DNA of 64,000 nucleotides from an uncultured delta proteobacterium. GTDB taxonomy: Bacteria > Desulfobacterota > Binatia > Binatales > Binataceae. Where the stretch lies: assembly GCA_963834535.1 (NCBI GenBank), contig CAWICC010000005.1, positions 648,258 through 712,257 on the forward strand, given 5' to 3'. Under the pieces are notes generated by a model. The model ran no database searches and was not told the origin of the DNA. It worked only from the letters and a program-made list of their open reading frames with translations. Both the position numbers and the translations under genes were made by a program. Shown here piece after piece: positions 20,733-30,782 of the stretch. How positions within the stretch are numbered: the first letter of the stretch is position 1; each line of letters begins with the position of its first letter.

Positions 20733-21620
20733 ATGACCTCGAACGCGTCGCAAGCCCGGTCGATCATCGTCACCGCCGACGACTTCGGACTTTCGCGCGA
20801 GGTCAACGCGGGCGTCGTTCGCGCGCATCGCGACGGTATCCTTACGGCTACCAGCCTGATGGTTGCGGCTGCCGGGCGCGACGAAGCAGCCGCATTAGCG
20901 CGCGAGAACCCCCGACTCGATGTCGGCCTTCACCTCGTCGTCTGCCGCGGACAGAGTGTGCTACCGGCCGCTCGCCTGGCCGGAATCGTTGACGCGTCCG
21001 GCAATTTTATCGAGAGCCCGGTCGGCGCGGGCATGCGCTATTTCTTCAATCGTGAGATTCGCACCAGGTTGCGCGAGGAGATCCGCGCCCAGATGGAACT
21101 TCACCTCAAGCTGGTTGGACGGCTCGATCATATTGACGGGCACCTGAACTTCCACGTCCATCCGGTTGTCGCCGACATCCTGCTCGAATTATGCGTCGAA
21201 TACCATGTTCCATGTATCCGCCTCCCGCGCGAACCGGTCTTCACGACGATCGCATTGGCTCGCGATAATGCCGCGCGGAAGATCGTTGAGGCCGGCATTT
21301 TTCGTGCGCTCTCGCGGCGCGCCCGCCGCATGTTTGAAGCGCGGGGAATGCGCTCCACCCAATGGCTCTTCGGACTCCATCAGAGCGGCAACCTCACCCA
21401 GGAGTACGTGATCGGCGTGCTTGCGCGTCTGCCTCCGGGACTGACCGAATTATACTTTCATCCGGCGGCAGATCTTGGCGGCATGCGGGCTACGCTCGAA
21501 GCCCAGCGCGAGGTCTCGATCCTAACGAGTCCGCAGGTTCGTGCCGTTTTGGAGGAGCGGGGGGTTCGGTTGACTAATTTCGCTGAGATTGCGCGTGCGG
21601 CCGCAAGCCTTGAGAGCTAG
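20733..21620 (+). CDS. hpnK: YdjC/ChbG-family deacetylase-like hopanoid biosynthesis protein
   Basis: N-terminal IVTADDFGLSREVNAGV is the YdjC-family signature. 295 aa. Part of the hpn locus. Confidence 0.8.
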   Translation: MTSNASQARSIIVTADDFGLSREVNAGVVRAHRDGILTATSLMVAAAGRDEAAALARENPRLDVGLHLVVCRGQSVLPAARLAGIVDASGNFIESPVGAGMRYFFNREIRTRLREEIRAQMELHLKLVGRLDHIDGHLNFHVHPVVADILLELCVEYHVPCIRLPREPVFTTIALARDNAARKIVEAGIFRALSRRARRMFEARGMRSTQWLFGLHQSGNLTQEYVIGVLARLPPGLTELYFHPAADLGGMRATLEAQREVSILTSPQVRAVLEERGVRLTNFAEIARAAASLES

Positions 21621-21686
21621 GCGTTCACCGAACTCGCCTCGGGTGCCGCTTTGCGATTACAATGCAGGCCTTGGGATTGAGTCCCA

Positions 21687-24296
21687 TTGGCCTCGATCAA
21701 TTCGATCCGGAGAAGATACCCGATGTTCGACCAGGAGACGTCGATTAGCGCCGCCGAGGCTTTGGAATACCGGCTGCCCCCCAACGTCACGCCTATCCGC
21801 TATGACCTGACCCTCACGCCCGATCTCAAGTCCTTCACTTTTGACGGCGACGAGATCGTCGCGATATCGGTGCACGAAGCGACCGCCGATGTGGTGCTCA
21901 ACGCGCTCGAACTCGAAATCGACAGCGCCGTTGCCGAGCGCGCCGGCAAGTCGCTGGCCGCCCGCATTGATCTGGAGCCCGCGCGCGAGCGGGCGCGCTT
22001 CCATTTTGACGAGATGCTGGAGCCGGGTTCCTGGGCGCTGCGGATAAAGTTCCGTGGCATTCTGAATGATAAATTGCATGGGTTCTATCGCAGCCAATAC
22101 ACGGACGCTGCCGGCAAGTTGCACACGGTCGCCACTACTCAATTCGAAGCGACCGATGCGCGGCGCGCCATCCCATGCTGGGACGAGCCAGCGCTCAAGG
22201 CGGTTTTCGGCGTCACTTTGATAATCGACGACGATCTGACGGCGCTCTCGAATGCCGGCATAAAGTCGGAACGCAAACTTGGCAACGGCAAAAAGGAAGT
22301 CCTGTTCAAGGACACCATTCGGATGTCCACCTATCTGCTCGCCTTTATCATCGGTGAGTTCGAGGCAACGGCGACCGTCGATGCGGGCACGCCCTTGCGA
22401 GTGGTTCACGTTCCCGGCAAACGCGCGCTTACCGGGTGGGCAGAACAGATTGGTGCCTTTTCGCTTAAATTTTTCGCTGACTACTACGGCATCCCTTATC
22501 CGGGCGACAAGCTGGACCTCATCGCGATTCCTGATTTTGCGGCGGGCGCGATGGAAAATCTCGGCGCGATCACGTTCCGCGAAACCGCATTGCTTGCCGA
22601 CGATCGAACCGCTTCGCGCGCGGAACTCGAGCGCGTGGCCGACGTGGTCTCGCACGAGAACGCTCATATGTGGTTTGGCGATCTCGTCACGATGCGCTGG
22701 TGGAATGGCATCTGGCTCAATGAAGCCTTCGCAACTTTCATGGAAATGCTCGCCGTGGACGCCTGGAAGCCCAACTGGAAGCGTTGGGAGAGTTTCGGGG
22801 TTTCGCGTGGCGCCGCGATGGCGATCGATGCGCTCAAGAGCACCCGTTCGATTGAATATACGGTGCTCAGTCCCGAAGACTGCCGCTCGATGTTTGATGT
22901 GCTCACCTACGAAAAGGGTGCGGCGGTGCTGCGTATGCTGGAGCAGTTCCTCGGTGCCGAGGTTTTTCGCAAAGGCATCTCGGCCTACCTGAAAAAGCAT
23001 CAGTACAATAACACCGAGACCGGCGACCTTTGGGACGCCCTGGAAGCGGCGAGTGGCCAGCCCGTCCGCAGCATGATGGACACGTGGATTTTTCAGCAGG
23101 GCTTCCCGGTTGTCAGCGCGGCGCCGACGGCGGACGGACGCGGTCTCAAAATCGCGCAGCGCCGATTTTTCTTTGCGCCCCCGGAAAAGCCCGAGGCGCA
23201 GCTCTGGCATATTCCGGTGATGGTCCGAGCGCGCACGGACAAGGGCGTTGAGACCCACAAGGTGCTTCTGACGGAAGCCGAGACGACCCTTGAATTGCCA
23301 GGCAAGATCGAGTGGGCGTTGCTCAACGAGGGCGGCCATGGCTTCTATCGGGTTCGCTATGCGCCGGAGCTCCTGGCGTCGTTGACTAAGAACCGCGACA
23401 CACTGAAGCCCATTGAACGCTACGGCCTGGTGAGCGATACCTGGGCTGCCACCGTCGCGGGCCTGACGCCGCTGGCCGAGTTCATCAAAATGGCGCGTCT
23501 ATTGCGCGACGAGACCGATATCAACGTCTGGCGCGCATTAATTGGGGCTTTCGGCTATCTCGACATGATCGCGACCGACGCTCAGCGTCCCGCCGTTGCC
23601 GCTGCGGTTTGCGAAATAGTGGGTCCCGCGGCGGCGCGCCTGGGATGGACGCCAACTCAAGGCGAAGATGAACTGCAGGGGCAACTACGAGCATCGCTGC
23701 TCAATGCCCTTGGGACTATCGGAGAAGATCGCGCTGTACAGGCGCGCGCCCGCGAACTCTATGACGCCTGGCAGCAGGACCCGGTCAAGGCAGACCGCGA
23801 TCTGCAGCCGGCATTCGTCAGTATTCTGGCGCACTGCGGCGACGCCTCGCGCTATCAACAATTCAAGAAACACTTTAAGTCTGCGAGGACGCCCCAGGAA
23901 GAACAGCGCTACCTGTTCTCGCTCGCAAATTTCAGCGATATCGCCCTCTTGCGGCAGACTATGGAAATGACCCTCAACGGCGAAGTGCGCACGCAAAACT
24001 CGCCCTACCTGCTGCATTCGCTGCTTGCCAACAACGTTTCCCGAATCGAGGCGTGGGACTACATAAAGAGCAATTGGGAGACGATCGTCGGCAAGTTCCC
24101 CGATAGCGCCCTTCCGCGCATGTGTGAGGCAATCAACGGGCTGCTCGATCGGCAGAAGGAAGTGGAGGAGTTCTTTCATCAACACAAGGTGCGGCTCGGC
24201 GGTAAGCTGATCGACCAGCACCTCGAACGTTTGAGCGTAGCGGTCGCGTTCCGTCAACGCGAAGGAACGAAGCTGGAAGCATCGTTGAAGCCCTGA
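21687..24296 (+). CDS. pepN: aminopeptidase N (M1 zinc metallopeptidase)
   Basis: 869 aa with GAMEN (AGAMENLG) and HEXXH-x18-E (HENAHMWFGDLVTMRWWNGIWLNEAF) motifs. Confidence 0.9.
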   Translation: MASINSIRRRYPMFDQETSISAAEALEYRLPPNVTPIRYDLTLTPDLKSFTFDGDEIVAISVHEATADVVLNALELEIDSAVAERAGKSLAARIDLEPARERARFHFDEMLEPGSWALRIKFRGILNDKLHGFYRSQYTDAAGKLHTVATTQFEATDARRAIPCWDEPALKAVFGVTLIIDDDLTALSNAGIKSERKLGNGKKEVLFKDTIRMSTYLLAFIIGEFEATATVDAGTPLRVVHVPGKRALTGWAEQIGAFSLKFFADYYGIPYPGDKLDLIAIPDFAAGAMENLGAITFRETALLADDRTASRAELERVADVVSHENAHMWFGDLVTMRWWNGIWLNEAFATFMEMLAVDAWKPNWKRWESFGVSRGAAMAIDALKSTRSIEYTVLSPEDCRSMFDVLTYEKGAAVLRMLEQFLGAEVFRKGISAYLKKHQYNNTETGDLWDALEAASGQPVRSMMDTWIFQQGFPVVSAAPTADGRGLKIAQRRFFFAPPEKPEAQLWHIPVMVRARTDKGVETHKVLLTEAETTLELPGKIEWALLNEGGHGFYRVRYAPELLASLTKNRDTLKPIERYGLVSDTWAATVAGLTPLAEFIKMARLLRDETDINVWRALIGAFGYLDMIATDAQRPAVAAAVCEIVGPAAARLGWTPTQGEDELQGQLRASLLNALGTIGEDRAVQARARELYDAWQQDPVKADRDLQPAFVSILAHCGDASRYQQFKKHFKSARTPQEEQRYLFSLANFSDIALLRQTMEMTLNGEVRTQNSPYLLHSLLANNVSRIEAWDYIKSNWETIVGKFPDSALPRMCEAINGLLDRQKEVEEFFHQHKVRLGGKLIDQHLERLSVAVAFRQREGTKLEASLKP

Positions 24297-24336
24297 TGCT
24301 GTAGCCGTTACTTGCTCCGGAGCGTGCGTTCTATAA

Positions 24337-24386
24337 ATTCCAAGGCGGTGGCTGGGAACCTCGGTTCCCAGCCACCGCCTTGGAAT
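24337..24386. terminator. perfect 24-bp-stem inverted repeat (2-nt loop) between convergent pepN and AKR genes; candidate bidirectional terminator
   Basis: ATTCCAAGGCGGTGGCTGGGAACC-tc-GGTTCCCAGCCACCGCCTTGGAAT, read directly from the sequence. Flanked by A/T-rich stretches. Confidence 0.55.
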
Positions 24387-24395
24387 TGTGGCAAG

Positions 24396-24432
24396 AGCGG
24401 CTGCGCCAATCCGAAGGATTGGCGCAGCCGCT
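24396..24432. terminator. second perfect inverted repeat (17-bp stem, GAA loop) followed by TTTCC; candidate terminator
   Basis: AGCGGCTGCGCCAATCC-gaa-GGATTGGCGCAGCCGCT, read from the sequence. Lies 10 nt after the first palindrome, between convergent genes. Confidence 0.55.
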
Positions 24433-24448
24433 TTCCTAATCTGATCGT

Positions 24449-25486
24449 CTAGCTCTGCGCTGCTGTCATCCGCCGCGGATCTGGCTGCTCATGCCCGAGT
24501 ACCGGATGCGGACGGTACGGCTTCTCGATCGCCGTAATCTCTTCGGCGCTGAGCTTGAGCTCGACTGCTGCGATGAGCTCCTTCAGATGGTGAGTCTTGG
24601 TGGCCCCGATGATCGGCGCGGTCACTCCGGGCGCCTGGACGATCCACGCGCACGCGATTTGCGTCGGCGATACCCCGCGCTCTTCGGCGACCTTCGCCAC
24701 TGCATCGGCCACGTCGTGGTCGCTTTGATCGCGATAGAGGCGTTTGCCGAATTCGTCAGTCTCCGCTCGCTTGGTCGAAGGCTTACCATCGCCGGGCTTG
24801 CGGCTGTGCGCAAACCATCCGCGGGCCAGCGGACTCCATGGAATCAGGCCGACGCCCTGATCGATACATAGTGGATTCATCTCGCGCTCTTCCTCGCGGT
24901 AAATCAGGTTGTAGTGGTTCTGCATCGCGATAAACCGATGCCAGCCGTGCTCCTTGGCCGTGTACAACGCCTTCGAAAACTGCCATGCGGCCATGCTGCT
25001 CGCGCCGAGGTAGCGCACCTTGCCGGAACGCACCAGCGTATCGAGAGCCTCGAGCGTTTCTTCGATTGGGGTCGAAAAATCCCACCGATGGATCTGATAC
25101 AGGTCAATGTAATCCATCTTTAAGCGCCGCAAAGAATTTTCACAGGCTTCAATGATGTGCTTGCGGCTGAGTCCGCGCCGGTTGGGCCCGCGCTCCATCG
25201 CACCATGGACTTTAGTCGCCACTACGATATCGTCGCGCGACGCCATCTCATTGAGCCAGCGACCGGTGATCTCCTCACTACCCCCTATCGAGTACACATC
25301 TGCGGTGTCGAAAAAATTTATCCCGGCTTCCAGTGCGAGGGCAAAATGCTCGCGCGCCGCATCCATCCCCAGCGCCCATTCACGCTGCATCGTCCACGCC
25401 GGCAGCTCGCCGCCGCCGTATGTCATGCATCCCAGGCACAGTCGCGAAACCGTCGTCCCGGTATTGCCAAGTTTCGTATATTGCAT
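24449..25486 (-). CDS. aldo/keto reductase (Tas/YajO-like)
   Basis: AKR family motifs (LGCMTYG, FFDTADVYS, IHRWDFSTPIEETL) present. Start assigned to internal ATG 25486 (MQYTKLGNTG); the ORF extends to 25588. Confidence 0.85.
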   Translation of the reverse strand: MQYTKLGNTGTTVSRLCLGCMTYGGGELPAWTMQREWALGMDAAREHFALALEAGINFFDTADVYSIGGSEEITGRWLNEMASRDDIVVATKVHGAMERGPNRRGLSRKHIIEACENSLRRLKMDYIDLYQIHRWDFSTPIEETLEALDTLVRSGKVRYLGASSMAAWQFSKALYTAKEHGWHRFIAMQNHYNLIYREEEREMNPLCIDQGVGLIPWSPLARGWFAHSRKPGDGKPSTKRAETDEFGKRLYRDQSDHDVADAVAKVAEERGVSPTQIACAWIVQAPGVTAPIIGATKTHHLKELIAAVELKLSAEEITAIEKPYRPHPVLGHEQPDPRRMTAAQS

Positions 25487-25787
25487 TGCCACTCCCCTCT
25501 GTGCAGGACGCCGATTAGCGCCGCGCGCCGCAGGTACGATATCCCGCAGGCTAAGAAAAAGTTGTGTAACATCAGCCGAGTCTCGCAAGCCGAGCGGGCG
25601 AGTCTCCGAGCCGCGCTAATAATTTTGGTGATTCGAAATTCGCGCGAACACGCCTCATCTGTCAAGTACGCTGAGCGTCCGACTCGCATCGCCGAGCAGA
25701 ACGAATTTGCGCGCAGCGTTTACTTTCCGGGCACTTGTTCGTTCAAGCCACACGCCCTATGCTCTGCGTCAAAGCTGATTATTTCTA

Positions 25788-26618
25788 ATGGCTGACTGGG
25801 ATCCAGACCTTTATCACCGCTTTCGCGGCTACCGCGCCGAACCCGTCGAATTGATCTTTAAGCGGCTCACACTGGAGCGCGCTGAGCGGATCGTCGACCT
25901 TGGATGCGGGACCGGCGATCATACCGTGGAACTCGCACGGCGCGCTCCGGCCGCTGAAGCTCTCGGCATCGATAGTTCGACTGCGATGATCGGGCGTGCG
26001 AGCGCGTTGCGTGACGGCCTCGACGACGATCTCAGACGGCGCGTCAATTTCGAACAGGCTGATATTCGAGATTTCGCCGCCGTCCGTTGCTTCGATCTCG
26101 TTTTTTCGAACGCTGCCTTCCAATGGCTCGGCAATCACTCCTCCTTGTTCGAACAATGCTTCTGTGCACTTCGTCCCGGCGGCATGATCGCCGTCCAGAT
26201 GCCAGCGAACAATCAGGAGATCGCGCAGGTGACGATTCACGCGCTCGCCCACGAGCCTCGATGGCGTGCAGTGCTGGGAGCTATTCGCACGCCGTCGGAT
26301 CGTTCGGTGCAGTCGCCGGACGAATATCATGCGATGCTTTCGGCGATAGGTTTCGCCGATATCGATTGCTATTACCATAACTTTCGCCATCCGATGCGCA
26401 GCCCGGCCGAAGTCATCGAATGGTCCCGGGCGACTGTGCTGCGACCTTATCTCGATCAACTGGCGGCCGATCAGAGTTTCGAATTCATCGATGAACTGAC
26501 GCGTCGCCTCGAAGCCTCATACGGCACCAACGGAGCGCTCACGTTCGTATTTCGGCGCCTTTTTATCTTTGCCCACCGTACGGTAAATCAAGCCGCTTCT
26601 GATGCGGATTCACATTAG
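25788..26618 (+). CDS. tam: trans-aconitate 2-methyltransferase-like SAM-dependent methyltransferase
   Basis: N-terminal WDPDLYHRFRGYRAEPVELIF plus SAM motif I (VDLGCGTGDHT) match the Tam family. Confidence 0.75.
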   Translation: MADWDPDLYHRFRGYRAEPVELIFKRLTLERAERIVDLGCGTGDHTVELARRAPAAEALGIDSSTAMIGRASALRDGLDDDLRRRVNFEQADIRDFAAVRCFDLVFSNAAFQWLGNHSSLFEQCFCALRPGGMIAVQMPANNQEIAQVTIHALAHEPRWRAVLGAIRTPSDRSVQSPDEYHAMLSAIGFADIDCYYHNFRHPMRSPAEVIEWSRATVLRPYLDQLAADQSFEFIDELTRRLEASYGTNGALTFVFRRLFIFAHRTVNQAASDADSH

Positions 26619-27692
26619 ATGCTGCGCGCGAAAATCATTCCTACGCTGATCGCTCACGGTGGTGCGGGTGGCTGCGCGCCTGCGTCCGATCGAGGACCGC
26701 GGAAGCGGGGAATGCTGAAAGCAGTCGGACGCGGCGCCGAGGTATTGCGCGGCGGCGGATCTGCCCTCGATGCGGTCGTGGCCACCGTCGTCGCTCTCGA
26801 AAACGATCCCCTTTTCAACGCCGGCTATGGCTCCGTGCTCACGACTGCAGGGCGCGTCGAGATGGATGCCGCTGTGATGTTCGCGACGCGCTCACGATGC
26901 TCTCAACAGGAGAACCCTGCACGCGTCAACAGCATGCACTCCACACTCGGCCATGAGGGCCGGCGCACCGCGCGCGATGGCGCCATTCAGATCCATGCGG
27001 GCGGAGTCGTTCTCGTCAGTCGGGTGCGCAATCCGATTGCGCTTGCACGGGCCGTGATGGAACGGACGCCGCATCTGTTGATGGGCGGCGCCGGCGCCGA
27101 GCGCATCGCGCGGCAGGCCGGCATAGAACTATGCCAGCCTGCCGATCTCATCAGTCTGCGCGCGCGGGAGCGCTGGCACGCGGCGGGTGAGGCGTCTGGC
27201 GCGCCGGCGCGCGCCAGACGCCTCACCGCCGACGTTCACGGCACCGTGGGCGCCGTCGCGATCGATTCGCGCGGCGATATCGCCGCGGCGACTTCGACCG
27301 GCGGCGTCTTTGGCAAGCTTCCCGGCCGTATCGGGGATTCAGCCATCATCGGAGCGGGATTGTTCGCGGATGCGCGTGGTGGCGCTTCCGCCACCGGCGA
27401 GGGTGAGGCTATCATGCGCGTCGCCTTGTGCCGCGAGGCGGTCATCGGCCGAGTACCACATCGCGGTGGAAAACATGCGCAAGCCGCCGCGGAACACGCC
27501 ATCACCAGGTTGGCCGCTACCACCGGCGCACAAGCCGGAATTATCGTCGTCGATGCCGCTGGCGGTCTCGGATACGCGCACAGCGCTGAGGCGATGGAGG
27601 TAGCCTGGTTTCGTTCCACCGCCGGCATTTTTCACCGCGTGCTCCGCCCCACCATCAAGAGCCTGAGTCGAGTGCGCAAGTCGCGCAATTAG
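26619..27692 (+). CDS. iaaA: isoaspartyl peptidase / L-asparaginase (Ntn-hydrolase)
   Basis: AHGGAGG N-terminus, autocleavage/nucleophile motif (HGTVGAVAIDSRGDIAAATSTGG) and GEGEAIMR motif. Confidence 0.85.
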   Translation: MLRAKIIPTLIAHGGAGGCAPASDRGPRKRGMLKAVGRGAEVLRGGGSALDAVVATVVALENDPLFNAGYGSVLTTAGRVEMDAAVMFATRSRCSQQENPARVNSMHSTLGHEGRRTARDGAIQIHAGGVVLVSRVRNPIALARAVMERTPHLLMGGAGAERIARQAGIELCQPADLISLRARERWHAAGEASGAPARARRLTADVHGTVGAVAIDSRGDIAAATSTGGVFGKLPGRIGDSAIIGAGLFADARGGASATGEGEAIMRVALCREAVIGRVPHRGGKHAQAAAEHAITRLAATTGAQAGIIVVDAAGGLGYAHSAEAMEVAWFRSTAGIFHRVLRPTIKSLSRVRKSRN

Positions 27693-27709
27693 GATTCGCA
27701 GGCGCCCTG

Positions 27710-29611
27710 ATGTCGGTCTCGAATAGCGTTGAAGTAACTTCCTCCAACAGCCTTGCTGGTGTTGCTGTGAAACCGGGGTCACGTCTCGAGTTCGCGAGAT
27801 TCGCAGCGATTGTTGCGGCCTTTGCGATCGCTCTCGCAATCCTCAGCCTCGGCATTACCGCCCCGTTTGCGAAGGACGCTGAATCGCAATCGGCGCAGTG
27901 GGTCGTCGATATCGCACATAATGGCAATTGGTTGTTGCCGCATGATTATTACGGAATGGTCGAGCGCAAGCCGCCACTCTTTTACTGGCTTGGCGCGATC
28001 GGTGTGGAACTCTCGGGCGGCGGCGTTGACGAAGCGCGGGCGCGGATGCCCTCATTGATAGCTGGGGCCGCCGTCGCTGCACTGATGATGGATTGGGCTG
28101 CCGTCGATCTCGGCGCGCCCTCGGGGTGGCTGGCATTCTTCTTCTTGCTCGGCATGTATGGCTTTGCGGCTCGCGCCACAGTCGCTCTCACCGACATGTT
28201 GATGACGTTCTTCCTGATGGCGGCGTGGCGCGGCATCCGTCCGCTGCTTGGGGGTGCTGACTCATTGCCGCGCACGCTTGCCACGGGCCTGATTCTTGGT
28301 CTTGGCATTCTCGTCAAGGGCCCGGTGATCGTCGTACTGATCGCCCTCGCTGCCGTCATCTATCTCGCGACCGGACGCATAAACCCAATGCGCCTGGCGG
28401 TGCGCAGATGGCCGTGGCTGTTGATACTCGTCGCGTCGGCCGTTGCGGCCGCGTGGTATGCCCCGGCCTTTATCGCCGGCCGTTCGGACGCCTGGGGCGG
28501 CGTCTTCCTTGACGAGAACTTGGGCCATTTTCTTCCCGCCAAAATGGGTGGTACCGGCGAGGCTGCGCGTCCGATCTACTACATCCTGATACGTCTGCTT
28601 GGCGGCACGATGCCGCTCAGCCTACTCCTTCCGGCGCTCATTCTTGCCTTCGCGTGCTCCGCTTTTTCAGCATCGGTAGCGCCTGCGATGCGATATCAGA
28701 CAGCGATGGTGTTGGCGGTCATCTTCCTTTTTTCTGCCTCCAGCGCCAAACGTGACGACTACATCCTGCCCGCGATTCCACCGCTCGCGATCCTCTTCGC
28801 CGCACTCTTTTCGAGCGCGCTTCATGGCTCTGCCGAGTCCACTGCCACGCCCGCCAGTCCCGGTTCCCGGGTGGGCAGCAGCACTCAGGCTATGCCGCTC
28901 AAGCTCGTCTCGATCGTGCGCGACGCGGCTGCCGCCGTGATCGCCGCTGCTATATTTCTCGGCGTGGCCGCGATGGCCTTATACGTGCGAATGGGCGGCC
29001 TCGGTGCCGATCTCGGTACGCATCTCCAGTCGAGCGACGCTTCATTCGCAGCCATTTTCATCATCGGCATGACGCACTTGCCGCCGGCTTTCGTGGCCTT
29101 CGTCACCGCGGTCGTAATCGGCGCAATCGTTGTCGTTTCGGCGCTCTTGCGGCGCAGTCCGAGGCGGACAGGTTCAGGAATCGCTATCCTTTGCCTGGCT
29201 GGAAGTATGTTGTGGACGGGGGTACTCAAACCGCAGGAAACATTAACCCGCAGCCTGCGTCCGTTCGCCGAAGAGGTCAGGGCGCGCGTCGGAAAGGCTC
29301 CGCTTTACCTCGCGTTTATGGATCCGGAATTCGTCTGGTATTACGGGAGCGGCGTGCCCGTGGCGCCCCGTTCGATAGCGCGATCGGGGCCTGCTCCGGG
29401 CTCGAACATCTTTCTCGTCTCGCGCCCTAACGAACTGGCCCGTTTCTCAACACCGGTCCAAAATGCGCTGATTCTGGTGCTGCCGTCGAGCGCGCTGGGA
29501 GCCAATCCTCCGTCCCTCTATATGTTCGGATCGGCGAGGGTCATTGTGACTACACCGCCCGCTGTATTCCCGTCACATTCCAGGCTTCCCGCAAACCAGG
29601 CCAAGCCTTGA
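27710..29611 (+). CDS. ArnT/PMT-family (GT-C) membrane glycosyltransferase
   Basis: 633 aa with >10 hydrophobic helices. N-terminal loop motif (HDYYGMVERKPPLFYWLGA) resembles the ArnT / dolichyl-phosphate-mannose protein mannosyltransferase family. Confidence 0.7.
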   Translation: MSVSNSVEVTSSNSLAGVAVKPGSRLEFARFAAIVAAFAIALAILSLGITAPFAKDAESQSAQWVVDIAHNGNWLLPHDYYGMVERKPPLFYWLGAIGVELSGGGVDEARARMPSLIAGAAVAALMMDWAAVDLGAPSGWLAFFFLLGMYGFAARATVALTDMLMTFFLMAAWRGIRPLLGGADSLPRTLATGLILGLGILVKGPVIVVLIALAAVIYLATGRINPMRLAVRRWPWLLILVASAVAAAWYAPAFIAGRSDAWGGVFLDENLGHFLPAKMGGTGEAARPIYYILIRLLGGTMPLSLLLPALILAFACSAFSASVAPAMRYQTAMVLAVIFLFSASSAKRDDYILPAIPPLAILFAALFSSALHGSAESTATPASPGSRVGSSTQAMPLKLVSIVRDAAAAVIAAAIFLGVAAMALYVRMGGLGADLGTHLQSSDASFAAIFIIGMTHLPPAFVAFVTAVVIGAIVVVSALLRRSPRRTGSGIAILCLAGSMLWTGVLKPQETLTRSLRPFAEEVRARVGKAPLYLAFMDPEFVWYYGSGVPVAPRSIARSGPAPGSNIFLVSRPNELARFSTPVQNALILVLPSSALGANPPSLYMFGSARVIVTTPPAVFPSHSRLPANQAKP

Positions 29612-29714
29612 TTCGCCATTGACCATACACGATGCGACCGGACAGTTCGTTCGCAGTCCTCCGTATCTGGGCGAACGCCGCTTCTCCTAATCGCTTCTGC
29701 AATGGTCCGCTATG

Positions 29715-30548
29715 CTACGGACTTTGCATTTCGTGCTTCAGGTTGCCGATCTGCGCTTGCAGCTTAGCGATGTAATCCTGCTGAATCTCGATCTGCTTCT
29801 CTAAATCGAACTGGCTCGAATTCCAGTTCGGCTCATCCGAACTATCGGGCGTCGCGGTGTGATTCGCCGTGTCCTGAACGGTGCCACACTGTGCAAGCGG
29901 AGTTTCTGCTTCTTTGCATTCGTTCAATTGTGCCCGTTCGTTCTGTAGCGAGACGATGGTCTGCTGCTGCTGTGCCAGGGTGTCCTGCGTTTCATCAGCC
30001 CGTTCCTGAGCCTGCTGCCGACTGTTGATTATAGCGATGGATCCTGCCGTGGCCGCGCCAATGTAACCGCCCGCTGCCGCGGTCTGCGGCGAACCGCTGA
30101 TAAGGCCTCCAGCAAGCGTGCCCAGCATTCCACCCGCCGCCGTCCGTGCCACTCCATCGACGACCGGCGGCATATCACGCACCACACAGGCGGGAGTCGT
30201 ATGATCCTCCACTTCGACCACTTCACCGCTCACGGTAGTTGCCGTACCCGCATCGTTATCGTTAACGTTTACGCCGATGACCGCGTCGGCATCGCGCGGA
30301 TACTGTTGCAGTGCGAGCGCACGCAACCGGTCCGCCATGGTCGAATCACCGGTTTCGACCGTCGCCTGTGCGAACGGCTCAGTCAGACTGATTGGTCCCA
30401 GGTCGCGGTAGCACTGTTCGGAAAGATTCTCGCCGGTAACGTAAATATAGCGGTTGGGATTGGCAGCGCGCGGGGCTTCCGCCTGTGATGCGCACGCGGT
30501 TGCCAGTATAAGAATACCGAGCAGGCTGTGCCGGGGCGCGATTTTCAA
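29715..30548 (-). CDS. lipoprotein with C-terminal Gln-rich coiled coil, function unknown
   Basis: Signal peptide with lipobox (LILATACAS). Central Gly/Ala-rich segment. C-terminal heptad-like Q/L-rich region. Confidence 0.5.
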   Translation of the reverse strand: MKIAPRHSLLGILILATACASQAEAPRAANPNRYIYVTGENLSEQCYRDLGPISLTEPFAQATVETGDSTMADRLRALALQQYPRDADAVIGVNVNDNDAGTATTVSGEVVEVEDHTTPACVVRDMPPVVDGVARTAAGGMLGTLAGGLISGSPQTAAAGGYIGAATAGSIAIINSRQQAQERADETQDTLAQQQQTIVSLQNERAQLNECKEAETPLAQCGTVQDTANHTATPDSSDEPNWNSSQFDLEKQIEIQQDYIAKLQAQIGNLKHEMQSP

Positions 30549-30782
30549 TTAGTTCACCTTCAGCATGATCTGACCGCGGGCGGTAAGACGCAACGATGTC
30601 ATTTGAACCGTGATCATAGTGCATCTCGTGGCATGGCATGGCAACGCGATTTTAAGATTTCAGTAGCCGCCAGGCTGTCGGCGACGGGCGTGCCGTCCAC
30701 ATCGAGCAGTGACTGGCACGCCCGTCGCCGGGGTCGAGTCGTCCCTTGGGCGTCGCCCAAATCGGGCACAATCGAAATGCGA

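Noticed and set aside
21657-23339. 560-aa ORF on the minus strand entirely inside pepN
   Set aside because: Antisense overlap of a well-supported M1 peptidase gene. Arg/Ala/Gly-rich low-complexity translation typical of spurious open frames in high-GC DNA.
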